Assembly: GCA_039589315.1 (NCBI GenBank)
Contig: JBDHHQ010000013.1
Coordinates: forward strand, 1 to 64,000
DNA: 64,000 nucleotides
DNA from: Gemmatimonadota bacterium
GTDB lineage: Bacteria; Gemmatimonadota; Gemmatimonadetes; Longimicrobiales; Gaopeijiaceae
Direction: 5' to 3'
The position numbers and the translations under genes were made by a program. Positions 38,366 to 47,625 of the stretch are shown here, piece by piece (the first letter of the stretch is position 1; every line of letters starts with the position of its first letter). The notes under the pieces are model-generated. The model made no database searches and was not told the DNA's origin. It saw only the letters and a list, made by a program, of their open reading frames with translations.

Positions 38366-39604
38366 TTACGGCCAGATGCCCCTGTCCAACGCCACCCGGG
38401 CTACGCGCACCACGGCCAGGACGTACGCAGCCGTGCGCAGATCCACGGATTGCAGGGGGGGGCCACCGTCCCTGCCGTACTGCCGTCGCCTGGACTCGAT
38501 TTCGCCGAGGCCCCCATTGATCTCCAGCTGCTTGTCCAACACGCCATCGGTGGCCCGAACCATCTTCCTGTGGAGCTTGGCGTTGACCTCGTCCTCGTCC
38601 CACTGCTCGTTCTCGTTGTTCTGCACCCACTCGAAGTAGCTGACCGTCACGCCACCAGCGTTCGCCAGGATGTCCGGGAGCACCGGGACGCCACGTTCAA
38701 GGAGGATGCGGTCCGCCTCGGGCGTCGTGGGCCCGTTGGCGAGCTCGAGCACGAGTCGAGCCTGGACGTCAGGCGCGTTGTCGCCCCGGATCTGGTTCTC
38801 CAGCGCCGCCGGGACGAGGATGTCACACGGGAGCGCCAGCAGCTCCTCGTTGGTCACGGTCTCGCAACCCTCGAGGCCCACGACCGAGCCGGTCTCGGCT
38901 TTGTGGGCGATGGCGGCCGCCGGGTCCAGTCCGTCGGGGCAGTGGATCCCGCCACGGGAATCGCTGACGGCGATGATCTTGGCTCCTTCCGCGTGGAAGA
39001 GCTCGGCGCCGATCGACACCCGGCAGGATGCCCCGCTCGATGGCCCGCTGGGTCACGAACAGGCCGCCTCGAGACGTGGCCTCGCGCCGTCCCAGGGACC
39101 CTCCGATGTGCACGGGCTTCCCGGTGACCACACCCAGGTTGTTCTTCCCCCTGTGCATCATCTCGTACGTGTCGTAGATGAGCGCCATGGTGGACGCGTT
39201 CGTGTTCACGTCCGGCGCCGGGATGTCCGTGTAGGGGCCGATCTCATCGCCGAGCTCCGCGATGTATCGCCGCGTCAGCTTCTTGATGTCCTTCTTGCTG
39301 AGTCTTTTGGGGTTGCACACCACGCCACCCTTCGCGCCGCCGAACGGCACGTCCACGACTGCCGTCTTCCACGTCATCCAGCACGCCAGCGCCCGCACCT
39401 CGTCCGCCGTGACGTCCGGGTGGTACCGAATCCCACCCTTGCCGGGACCGCGGATCCTGTTGTGCACCGCCCGGTAGCCGACGAAGTTGCGGACCTCGCC
39501 GGAGCTGGTCTCGATGGGGAACTCCACGATGACCACCCGGTCCGCTGCTGTGCGATCAGGAAGGGGTTGAGCTCTTCCGTTTGGGTCTGCGTCTCTAGAG
39601 TCAT
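38366..39604 (-). pseudogene. gdhA: Glu/Leu/Phe/Val (glutamate) dehydrogenase disrupted at two frameshifted junctions
   Basis: Three pieces separated by frameshifts: MTLETQ...NPFLIAQQ; DRVVIVEFP...GPGKGGIRYHP...FGGAKGG...DIPAPDV...VTGKP...GGSLGR; SIGAELF...LANGPTT...PDILANAGGVTVSYFEW. The GxGxxG segment is absent. Confidence 0.85.
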
Positions 39605-39627
39605 CAGCGCTCTTCAGTTGAGCCCGG

Positions 39628-40992
39628 TCATCGCGGGTTCAGCCACATGATTCTCGGATCGGCGAGCTCCTCCGGCGGAGGCAGCTCACCGTCCACGAAG
39701 CGATTCCACTGGCTATTGGCGACGTAGTAGAAGCGGTCGCCCACCATGAGCCCCAGTGTCGGCTCGTCCCAATCGGGAAGGTTGGCGGCCAGGACCCGAA
39801 CCTCGGTGATCTCACGCCCGTCTCCGGACAGCTCCAGCCTCAGAATGCGGTGGGGCATGGTGCCGTTCTGGACCGCGATCAGCGCGTCGCCGTCGCGCAC
39901 CAGGCCGTCGATCCCGAGGAGGGTCTGGTTTTCGGGGTGTGACAGTCTCACGGCCTCCCGCGTCGCTCGGCGGACGTAGTAGACGCCTTTGGAATAGTCC
40001 GCAACGTAGAGACCCCGCTGATCGGAAGAAAGTGCCAGTCCCTGGGGCGATTGGAAGACGCCGGGCTGGACGAATGTCTCCAGGAAGTCGCCGCCGGCAC
40101 GGATGCGGTGGACCCCCGACCCCCGAGCGTCGGATACGTAGACCTCTCCGTCCGACGCCACGGCCAGATCCCCGACCACCCTGCGCTGCTCGCTGTTGGA
40201 GAAGTGGTAGTGGAGAAGGAGTTGGCCCGACTCCAGGTCGAACTTGAACACCGCGGAGCGGCCCAGATTATCCTCACGGAGCCCACCTGTCTCGGCCACA
40301 CCGGCCGTGCACACCCACAGCACACCCTCGTCCGGATCCACCTGCATGCCCATGACGCTCATGAGCCCCGCGAAGGCCGCGGGCGCGAACTCCGACACCA
40401 CGCCGTCCGCCGACACCCGTACGATCCGGCGCTCGTGGACGCTGCCCACGTAGAACGACCCGTCCCGTGGATCGTACGCAATTCCCTCGGGGACGAACGT
40501 GGGCGCACTGGCGATGGTGAATGCCGTCGTAGAGGTCCCCCTCGCCCTGCGGTTCTCGCGGAGCTTCTCGAGTACGGCCAGGAAGGCCGGGTCTTCGGTC
40601 AGCACGTCGAAGTCGGGATCCGCGTCTGCCCGAAGCCCGAGACCCATGTTCGCCACGCGCTCCAGTGACTCGACAGCGCCCCTGGTGTCCCCGGTAAGAG
40701 TCTGACCGACGGCGATGTAGTAGATGAGCTCGGGGTGGCCCGGACGCAGCTTCTCGGCCTCACGCAACTGGTCCAGGAAAGTGGTCGGATCGCCGTCTTC
40801 GCGAGCCTGGAAGGCCTCCTGGACGTGTTCGCCGGCCCGCGCCATCTGTTCGCGGGACTGGGCCTCGGCCGATGAGCACAGGGCGGCCGTGACCGTCAGA
40901 ATCGGGATCGGCCATCCGGTGAGCTGGAGTCTTCGGGTGATCGGCCCGCCCGTGTTGCGGTGGTCTCGATCCAGCGTGAAGAACGACTTCAT
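39628..40992 (-). CDS. Exported TPR plus SMP-30/gluconolactonase-like beta-propeller protein
   Basis: PEGIAYD; FQSPQGLAL; LYVADY; GIDGL; VQNG..P.RI; RBS GGAGG. Confidence 0.83.
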   Translation of the reverse strand: MKSFFTLDRDHRNTGGPITRRLQLTGWPIPILTVTAALCSSAEAQSREQMARAGEHVQEAFQAREDGDPTTFLDQLREAEKLRPGHPELIYYIAVGQTLTGDTRGAVESLERVANMGLGLRADADPDFDVLTEDPAFLAVLEKLRENRRARGTSTTAFTIASAPTFVPEGIAYDPRDGSFYVGSVHERRIVRVSADGVVSEFAPAAFAGLMSVMGMQVDPDEGVLWVCTAGVAETGGLREDNLGRSAVFKFDLESGQLLLHYHFSNSEQRRVVGDLAVASDGEVYVSDARGSGVHRIRAGGDFLETFVQPGVFQSPQGLALSSDQRGLYVADYSKGVYYVRRATREAVRLSHPENQTLLGIDGLVRDGDALIAVQNGTMPHRILRLELSGDGREITEVRVLAANLPDWDEPTLGLMVGDRFYYVANSQWNRFVDGELPPPEELADPRIMWLNPR

Positions 40993-41158
40993 GATCCCCC
41001 CCTCCTCCCCCGTCGACGACCGTGAGCGGTCCAAGATGGAGTCACCGCGGTCCGGGCATCAAGGGGCCGGCCGCCGGTAAGCGCCCCACGCCCGGGCGCG
41101 TACGTTGAGCTGCAGTCCCCCCACGGCGTGAGCTCCTGGGGAAGCGGAGGAGGCGAGG

Positions 41159-41566
41159 ATGATCAGGGAGCAGGGGGTTTCGATCGCAGCAGCTTGGGCC
41201 CTCGCGGTCACGGTGGGCCTCTCGGCGTGTGCAACCGCACCCCGCGACGCCACTAGCCGGGACCGCGTCATCACACGCTCCGAGCTGAGTGCCGCGGGTG
41301 AGAGCACGCTCTACGACGTCATCGGCCGGGTGCGGCCCACCTGGTTCGGACCGGGAGGGACCGACGACGGTGGTGACGACTCTTCGATGCCCACGGTCTA
41401 CATGAACCGACTGCCCCTCGGGGGAGCGGGAACGCTCGCCTCCGTGCGGGCCCGGGACGTGGTCGAGGTGCGGCTCATTCCCCCCGCCTTGGCCAGGGAT
41501 CGGTACGGCACCGACAACCCGGCAGGCGTCATCGAGCTCGTGACCACCGACGTGGGCGCCTACTAG
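41159..41566 (+). CDS. Small lipoprotein resembling a stand-alone TonB-dependent receptor plug domain
   Basis: Lipobox LSAC; VITRSEL; LYDVI..VRP; RYGT....GVI.L.T. Confidence 0.72.
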   Translation: MIREQGVSIAAAWALAVTVGLSACATAPRDATSRDRVITRSELSAAGESTLYDVIGRVRPTWFGPGGTDDGGDDSSMPTVYMNRLPLGGAGTLASVRARDVVEVRLIPPALARDRYGTDNPAGVIELVTTDVGAY

Positions 41567-41632
41567 TGTGGTGACTGCAAAGGCCTGGTAGCCACCGTCT
41601 CGGCGGGCCGCCGATCCCACAGAGGGCCCACC

Positions 41633-43837
41633 CTACCGCAAGACCTCGCCGAAGGCGACGTCCTCCGCCGCCAGGACGAACGCGGTGGTGGGAAGTCCGT
41701 GGGTGCGCTCCTGCAGACTGGCGATGTAGGCGGGAAAGCCGTCCCCCGGCTGCGCCAACCCCATGAACACCAGGTCCGCGTCGGCGGAGGACGCGCGCAG
41801 GATCTGGTCGAAGGGACGGCCGGCCGCCACGAGCACCTCGGGGTGGGCGCCGATGCGCAGCCCCCTGACCAGCTCGCGCAGGTTCTTGCGCGCGGAGTCG
41901 GCGGCGATCTCGTCGGGCACGACCAGCTTCAACCGCACCTCGGCTCCCCGCCACCCTACGTGGGTGCGCAGCAGATAGGCCAGCAGCATCATGAGCCCGC
42001 CGTTCCGTTCGAGCCCGCCCCACCAGACATCGATCCGGAGCCGGTCGCCGAAGCCACGGTCGTCGGACTCCCGGAGGATGATCACGTTGCGGCGCAGCTG
42101 ATGGAACGTGTCGATCATCTGACAGTAGCGCTCCAGATGCTCCGGCCGCTCACTGTCGCCCAGGATCACCGTGTTGGGGACCAGGGCACCCAGTCCATAC
42201 GTCTGGACGAGCTGCTCCGCGCCTTCGAAGGGGTTGGGGGCCGCCACCAGACGCACCATCGCCTCCACGCCCCGGCGAGCGAGGTACTCCCGCACCGTTC
42301 CTTCGAGGGCGGTCATGCGCCCCGCTTCGCGAGACCCCTGCGGGAGCACGCTGGCCACGGTGATGAGACCGCGGCTGTGTGACACGGCCTCGGCCAACTC
42401 GATCAGGTTCCACCGCTGCGTCGGCGCGCCCGAGAGCACGAGGCTGTGGGGCCGCCAGTTCTTGGGCTCCGAGTCGAGGCCCACGCGGAGGACACCCCCG
42501 CGGACCATGGCCATCCAGATGCCGTGCCGCACGTCCCCCCAGGTGGCCTCCAGCCCTCTGCGCTCGAGCCACAGGTACACCCCCAGGACCACCACGCCCG
42601 AGACCACCGTCGCCACGGCGTTCACCAGGAACATGGCGACCAGACAACCGGTCGCGCCGAGGAAGGACAGGAGCCAATGCACGCGGAAGGACGGACGGAA
42701 CGACGGGCTCGCCAGCAGGCGCTCCGTGCCCGCCGCGACGTTCAGCACCAGGTAGGTGGTCAGGAAGAACATGGTCAGCACGGGCGCGATCACGTCGAGG
42801 TCGCCCAGGGCGACGGCCGCGAGGGCCACGCCGATCGTGAACGCGGTTCCCAGGCGAGGCTCGTCGCTCGGGCCGCTCCCCTTGGACAGCCAGCGCAGGG
42901 CGCCGGGCAGCACCCCGTCATGGGCCAGCGCCTGGAGGACGCGGGGGGCGGCCAGCACGCTTCCCACCGCCGACGACAGGGTCGCGCCCCAAACCCCCAA
43001 CAGGATCGCGTCGCCCCAGAGCGCCATCCGCCGCATGATGAGCGGGTCACCCATGAGGCTGGCCGCATCCGCGCGGAAGGCCAGCAGCACGGGCAACGAC
43101 ATGTAGATCACGTAGCCCACGCCGATGGCCGAGAGCGTCCCCAACGGGATGGAGCGGGCCGGGTTTCTCAGATCCCCCGACATGTTCACCCCGGCCATGA
43201 TTCCGGTGACGGCTGGGAAGAACACCGCGAACACCGTCCAGAAACCCACGAGCTCCGGCGCGGGCCCGGAAGCCGGCGGCAGGGGCCCTGCCGGCATGCC
43301 AGCCACCAGGGAGACCAGAGACAAAGCGATGGCCCCCATGATGAAGTACTGTGCCCGTATGGCGATCCGTGCCGAGCGCAGTGCCAGCACGCCTACCAGC
43401 ACCGTGGTGATCAGGCCGACGGCCTTCTCGTTCACTCCCGGAAACGAGCGCGCCACCGACTCGGCGAACCCCACGGTGTAGAGCGCGATGGACAGGGCCT
43501 GGGCCAGGTACAGCGGGATCCCCACCGCACCCCCGGTCTCGATGCCGAGGGCACGGCTGATCATGTAGTAGGCCCCTCCCACCCGCACCCGCCGATCGGT
43601 GGCGATCTCCGAGATGGACAGCGCGGTCAGGAAGGTGATGAGGGTGGAGATGGTGACGATGACCAGTGTGCCCCAAAGGCCCACGTTTCCCACCACCCAA
43701 CCGAACCGCAAATACATGATCACGCCGAGAATCGTCAGGATCGACGGTGTGAAGACCCCCCCGAAGGTGCCTAGGCCGGCCCCCGCGGCTGCCTCGGCAG
43801 AGCCACGGACAGGTCCCTCTTGCGTGCGTGTGGGCAT
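41633..43837 (-). CDS. Cation-chloride cotransporter (SLC12/CCC-like, APC superfamily)
   Basis: LGTFGGVFTPSILTILGVIMYLRFGWVVG; GGAYYMISR.LG; FAVFFPAVTGIMAG; KNWRP; IDVWW in the cytoplasmic domain. Confidence 0.9.
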   Translation of the reverse strand: MPTRTQEGPVRGSAEAAAGAGLGTFGGVFTPSILTILGVIMYLRFGWVVGNVGLWGTLVIVTISTLITFLTALSISEIATDRRVRVGGAYYMISRALGIETGGAVGIPLYLAQALSIALYTVGFAESVARSFPGVNEKAVGLITTVLVGVLALRSARIAIRAQYFIMGAIALSLVSLVAGMPAGPLPPASGPAPELVGFWTVFAVFFPAVTGIMAGVNMSGDLRNPARSIPLGTLSAIGVGYVIYMSLPVLLAFRADAASLMGDPLIMRRMALWGDAILLGVWGATLSSAVGSVLAAPRVLQALAHDGVLPGALRWLSKGSGPSDEPRLGTAFTIGVALAAVALGDLDVIAPVLTMFFLTTYLVLNVAAGTERLLASPSFRPSFRVHWLLSFLGATGCLVAMFLVNAVATVVSGVVVLGVYLWLERRGLEATWGDVRHGIWMAMVRGGVLRVGLDSEPKNWRPHSLVLSGAPTQRWNLIELAEAVSHSRGLITVASVLPQGSREAGRMTALEGTVREYLARRGVEAMVRLVAAPNPFEGAEQLVQTYGLGALVPNTVILGDSERPEHLERYCQMIDTFHQLRRNVIILRESDDRGFGDRLRIDVWWGGLERNGGLMMLLAYLLRTHVGWRGAEVRLKLVVPDEIAADSARKNLRELVRGLRIGAHPEVLVAAGRPFDQILRASSADADLVFMGLAQPGDGFPAYIASLQERTHGLPTTAFVLAAEDVAFGEVLR

Positions 43838-44105
43838 GGCCCGAACAAGAGTCACAATGGGCGTTGCGGGTCAAGGTCCGCGTGCCACCGCCCGATATCC
43901 CTCCCCCCGGCGGGGCCCCGTAGCCATCTTGGTCGATACGGGCGGAGCTCGTGTTTGGATACCGTCACGGTCCCGGGCGGCACCTGGCGGACCCCAGGCA
44001 GCTCAGCGGTCGCCGGCAGCGCACGTCCGCCCCGTCCGCCTCGCGGCTGACGAGCTTCGGCAGCGGGGCGGTCGGCAGCCCTGGCGACGGCGCGGGAGGA
44101 GTGAC

Positions 44106-45095
44106 GTGGATCCCATCGAGTGGGTGGACATCGCAGAGATTCGGGCGGCGGCCGGACGCCTCCAGCCGCAGGTCATGCGCTCGCCTCTCGTCCCGTTGAG
44201 CCTCCCTGACCGGTCGGCAGAGATCTATCTGAAGCTCGAGAACCTCCAGCCCATCGGGTCTTTCAAGCTGCGCGGTGCCGGGAACGCCATGGCAATGGCC
44301 GACCCCGCGGCGCTGGCCAACGGCGTGGTCACGGCCAGCGCGGGAAACATGGCTCAAGGGGTGGCGTGGAACGCCAGGCGGCTGGGGATCCCGTGCCACG
44401 TCGTGGTTCCCGATCACGCGCCACGAACCAAGATCCGGGCGATCGAACGACTCGGTGGCAAGGTGGTCGCCACCTCCTTCGAACGGTGGTGGCAGGCTCT
44501 GGAGGAGCGTGCCTATCCGGGGCTGGACGGCCACTTCATCCACCCGGTGAGCGATCCGGCCGTGATCGCGGGCAACGGGACCATCGGGCTCGAGATCGTC
44601 GAGGACCTACCCGACGTGGCCGCCGTGGTGGTACCCTTCGGCGGCGGCGGCCTCTCGTGTGGGATCGCCTGCGCCATTTCCGCTACCCACCCGCAAGTAC
44701 CCGTGTACGCCGCAGAGGTCGAGACCGCGGCGCCCCTCGCCGCCTCCCTCACGGCCGGGAAGCCCACCCGGGTCCCCTACGCCGCCAGCTTCGTGGACGG
44801 CATCGGCTCGGCGCAGCTGCTGCCGGAGATGTGGCCGCTGGCCAGAGCGGCGCTCGCCGGATCGCTGGTGTCCACGCTGAGTCAGATCCGCGAGGCGATG
44901 CGCGTCCTGGTGGCTCGGGGCCGAGTGGTGGCCGAGGGCGCCGGGGCCGCCAGCGTGGCGGCGGCCCTGAGCGGAGGGGCGGGCAGTGGCAGGATCGTCT
45001 GCGTCGTCTCGGGCGGCAACATCGATCTCGACGTGCTCGCGACCATCCTCGACGAGGGCGCGCACGGGGACGCCCCGTCGCCCTCGGCCCGCTGA
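44106..45095 (+). CDS. PLP-dependent threonine/serine dehydratase family enzyme (no regulatory domain)
   Basis: LKLENLQPIGSFKLRGA; SAGNMAQG; PFGGGGL; SGGNID; RBS GGGAGGA plus GTG. Confidence 0.9.
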   Translation: MDPIEWVDIAEIRAAAGRLQPQVMRSPLVPLSLPDRSAEIYLKLENLQPIGSFKLRGAGNAMAMADPAALANGVVTASAGNMAQGVAWNARRLGIPCHVVVPDHAPRTKIRAIERLGGKVVATSFERWWQALEERAYPGLDGHFIHPVSDPAVIAGNGTIGLEIVEDLPDVAAVVVPFGGGGLSCGIACAISATHPQVPVYAAEVETAAPLAASLTAGKPTRVPYAASFVDGIGSAQLLPEMWPLARAALAGSLVSTLSQIREAMRVLVARGRVVAEGAGAASVAAALSGGAGSGRIVCVVSGGNIDLDVLATILDEGAHGDAPSPSAR

Positions 45096-45209
45096 CGAAG
45101 GATCTTCTTGCGCCGTCGGAGAGGGGGAGGCGGCCGTGTGCTGACGCCCGCCAAGTGCTCTCTCCAGTGGGATTCTCGTATGACAAAACCCTTGCGTGCT
45201 CCAATGCGT

Positions 45210-45239
45210 GAAACAAATGTTCCTGGAAACATTCGTTTC
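45210..45239. promoter_or_regulatory. 30-bp inverted repeat made of two GAAC-N4-GTTC-like boxes (candidate LexA-type operator)
   Basis: GAAACAAATGTT-CCTGGA-AACATTCGTTTC; the arms match at 11 of 12 positions. Confidence 0.6.
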
Positions 45240-45255
45240 CGAACGTGGAGGCCCG

Positions 45256-45582
45256 ATGTCCTTTTGGCGGTGGGGAATCGCCCTGTTCCTGGGCTGGATG
45301 CTGGCGGGGCCGCTCTTTGCAGCGGCCTTCAGGCTCCTTGGCTTGCAGTACAGGGTCCGGCCGAGCTTGCCCGTCGATCCGCGTCTGAGGGAGCACCGGC
45401 AGGCGCCGATTGCCGCGCCGGAGCGGAGACGACCTGGACGGGCCCGTGAAGCTCTTCCCAAGCCGGAGCTCGCCAGGGTCCGCATTCGACGGCCAAAGCC
45501 CGCGGCGATGGATGTCACGGTTGAGTGGTGGATGAGCATGGTAGGAGACGCCCGGGACTCCTCGGAGGCCATGGGCGACTGA
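45256..45582 (+). CDS. Small single-pass membrane protein of unknown function
   Basis: GGAGG RBS; MSFWRWGIALFLGWMLAGPLFAAAFRLLG TM segment followed by an Arg/Pro-rich region. Confidence 0.65.
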   Translation: MSFWRWGIALFLGWMLAGPLFAAAFRLLGLQYRVRPSLPVDPRLREHRQAPIAAPERRRPGRAREALPKPELARVRIRRPKPAAMDVTVEWWMSMVGDARDSSEAMGD

Positions 45583-45663
45583 TCCTGTCGGCCGCTTCCA
45601 CGAGGCGGCTCGGAAACGGGGTAGCCCCCCCGGCGCCCGGCCCTGGAACGGGTCGGGCGCAAC

Positions 45664-46443
45664 TCATTCCGGGAGGCGGAAATGCCGGGCGATGGTGTCA
45701 GCGAGGTCATTGAGACATCGCAGGCCGATCGCTCGGCTCATTCCCCGCGCGTCACCCAGGATTCCCGTCGGCGTCGCTTGTCGAAAGCCAGCGCCGATGA
45801 GCCGTTCGAACTCCTCCCTGCTTCCGTCCGGCCGATATCCTGCGGTCGCCTCCTCCTCCTTCACCAGCTCGGGGTGCATGACCAGCATGAGCGAGCTCTC
45901 GGCGATGTCGGCGTGTCCCCCCACGTGCTCGACTGGACCTCCAGCGGCCGCTACAGCCCTCTTCCAGACGGCGAAGAGACCCATGAAGTCCGTGTAGGCG
46001 CGAACCACGCACTCCCCCACTGCGGCCTCGTTCAGCTCTGCCAGCGCCCCGTCCAGCGGCTGAAAGTTGCCACCGTGGGTGGGAAGCATGCAGATCTTCG
46101 TGAAGCCGTGCCTCGAGAGGCTTCGGCAGTAGTCTCTGCAGACAGCCACGAAGGTCTGCGGCTCGAGGCTCAGGGAGCCGGGGAATGCCATGTGGTGCTC
46201 CGAAACCCCCACACGAATCGTGGGCGCCAGCAGGGCGTTGCCGAGGCGGCGCACCACCTCCTCCCCCAGCCACGTTCCGTGCTCAGCGTCCATGAAGAGG
46301 GGCAAGTGAGGTCCATGCTGCTCCACGGCGCCACACGGTACGATCACGGTGGTGAAACCGCTTGCCAGGGCCCGCTCGACATCGGGCCAGGTCAAGCGCT
46401 CCAGGTGAAGACTGGGAAGCTGAAGACCGGGATCAGGCTGCAT
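45664..46443 (-). CDS. Creatininase/MftE-family amidohydrolase
   Basis: P.GAVEQHGPHLP..D; GVSEHHMAFPGSL; HGGN; GGHADIAESS; TGILGD. Confidence 0.9.
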   Translation of the reverse strand: MQPDPGLQLPSLHLERLTWPDVERALASGFTTVIVPCGAVEQHGPHLPLFMDAEHGTWLGEEVVRRLGNALLAPTIRVGVSEHHMAFPGSLSLEPQTFVAVCRDYCRSLSRHGFTKICMLPTHGGNFQPLDGALAELNEAAVGECVVRAYTDFMGLFAVWKRAVAAAGGPVEHVGGHADIAESSLMLVMHPELVKEEEATAGYRPDGSREEFERLIGAGFRQATPTGILGDARGMSRAIGLRCLNDLADTIARHFRLPE

Positions 46444-46537
46444 GGCTCGCTCATCGGTGGTTGGTCGGCGGAGCTCCGCCCTATCGTTCAGCGCGCCGAC
46501 ACCCTTGCGCAACGGGCACCGGAGGCGCAGCGCGTTT

Positions 46538-46696
46538 GGCAATCGCGCTTGCGCCAGCTGCCACGCAGAGGAGGGCGGCGAAGGCACCGAGCTCGAGCCC
46601 GAGTTGCTGACCGACCACGGCAACGCCTTCGACATCTGGGACTACGTGGTGATCTCGATGCCGGAGGATGACCCCGGGGATGAATCACCAGACTAG
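46538..46696 (+). pseudogene. Cytochrome c fragment
   Basis: CASCH heme-binding motif and WDYV..SMP.DDPG axial-Met motif; no credible start or signal peptide, and the frame stops soon after DDPG. Confidence 0.55.
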
Positions 46697-47625
46697 CTCC
46701 CCGCCTCGTCGTCGCCCTCCGCCCGGATCGAGTCGGCTGCCGGCACCACGCGGTCGACCCGGAAGCTGGACAGCCGGAAGACCGTAGAGCCGCCGGGCGT
46801 TCGGGCCAGAAACGTCCCATCACCGCTTCCTGCTACATCCACCACCGCCAGGGTGTCCGTGCCGGCGCCCAGGGCCACGACGCGACGCCGGTCCTCGCCC
46901 TCGAAGGTGATCGTGTCGGGCGCGAACCCGGTGGCCTCCAGGCTGGCGAGCTCTCGCAGGAGATCCCCCACCCGCTCGGCCCTCGCAGGCGCGCCGTCCA
47001 CCGTCCACCCGGCGTCGACTCGCGCCAGGATGTGCTCGTCCCCTCCCCGCTCGAAGATCACGGACTCGACTGCGGCCGTGTCCACGACCACGATGGTCCG
47101 GTCACGCCAGTCCTCCAGGCGGCGCGTGGCGGCGCCCCGGAGTCCCCCCTCGAGCAGGTAGACGGCGTCTTCGTCCGGGAGGCGCGCGAAGCTGCTCGAG
47201 AAGCTCGGCCCCGGCTTGCCGAGCAACACCTCGACCGTGGGATCCTCGTCGGAACGGAACGCCAGGCGCCAGGTGCTGTCGGCCGATACGCCCAGCCGCC
47301 CGTGATTGGACGGGTTGGACGCCACCAGGTCCCTCACCTCGGCGTCCGACACGGCGTCCCAGAACCGTGCCACCGCTGCCGAGTCGGATGGATGGCCGTT
47401 GACGCGCCACGCCCCGGCGGCGCGCTCCAGGGCCACGGTGTCCGTGGGGCCTTCGATCCACACGCTCTGGACCGACGCCTCGCTCAGGCCTGTCAGGGCG
47501 CGAGCCAGCTGCGAGGCGTCCCCGGCCCCTCCCGCCCCGCCCCGACCGAACGCCAGCACCACCAGGTAGACGATGACCAGACCCAGTAGGGTTCCCAATG
47601 CCGCCTTCAGTGCCTTTTCGCTCAC
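46693..47625 (-). CDS. DUF4340-like membrane-anchored protein
   Basis: N-terminal TM segment; duplicated L.R..GAW.V.G..A pattern; DWRDR; last gene of the Gld-like ABC operon. Confidence 0.82.
   Translation of the reverse strand: MSEKALKAALGTLLGLVIVYLVVLAFGRGGAGGAGDASQLARALTGLSEASVQSVWIEGPTDTVALERAAGAWRVNGHPSDSAAVARFWDAVSDAEVRDLVASNPSNHGRLGVSADSTWRLAFRSDEDPTVEVLLGKPGPSFSSSFARLPDEDAVYLLEGGLRGAATRRLEDWRDRTIVVVDTAAVESVIFERGGDEHILARVDAGWTVDGAPARAERVGDLLRELASLEATGFAPDTITFEGEDRRRVVALGAGTDTLAVVDVAGSGDGTFLARTPGGSTVFRLSSFRVDRVVPAADSIRAEGDDEAGS

Noticed and set aside
38823..39604. Programmed frameshifting in gdhA
   Set aside because: No slippery sequences, and conserved segments are physically missing, so recoding could not restore the enzyme.
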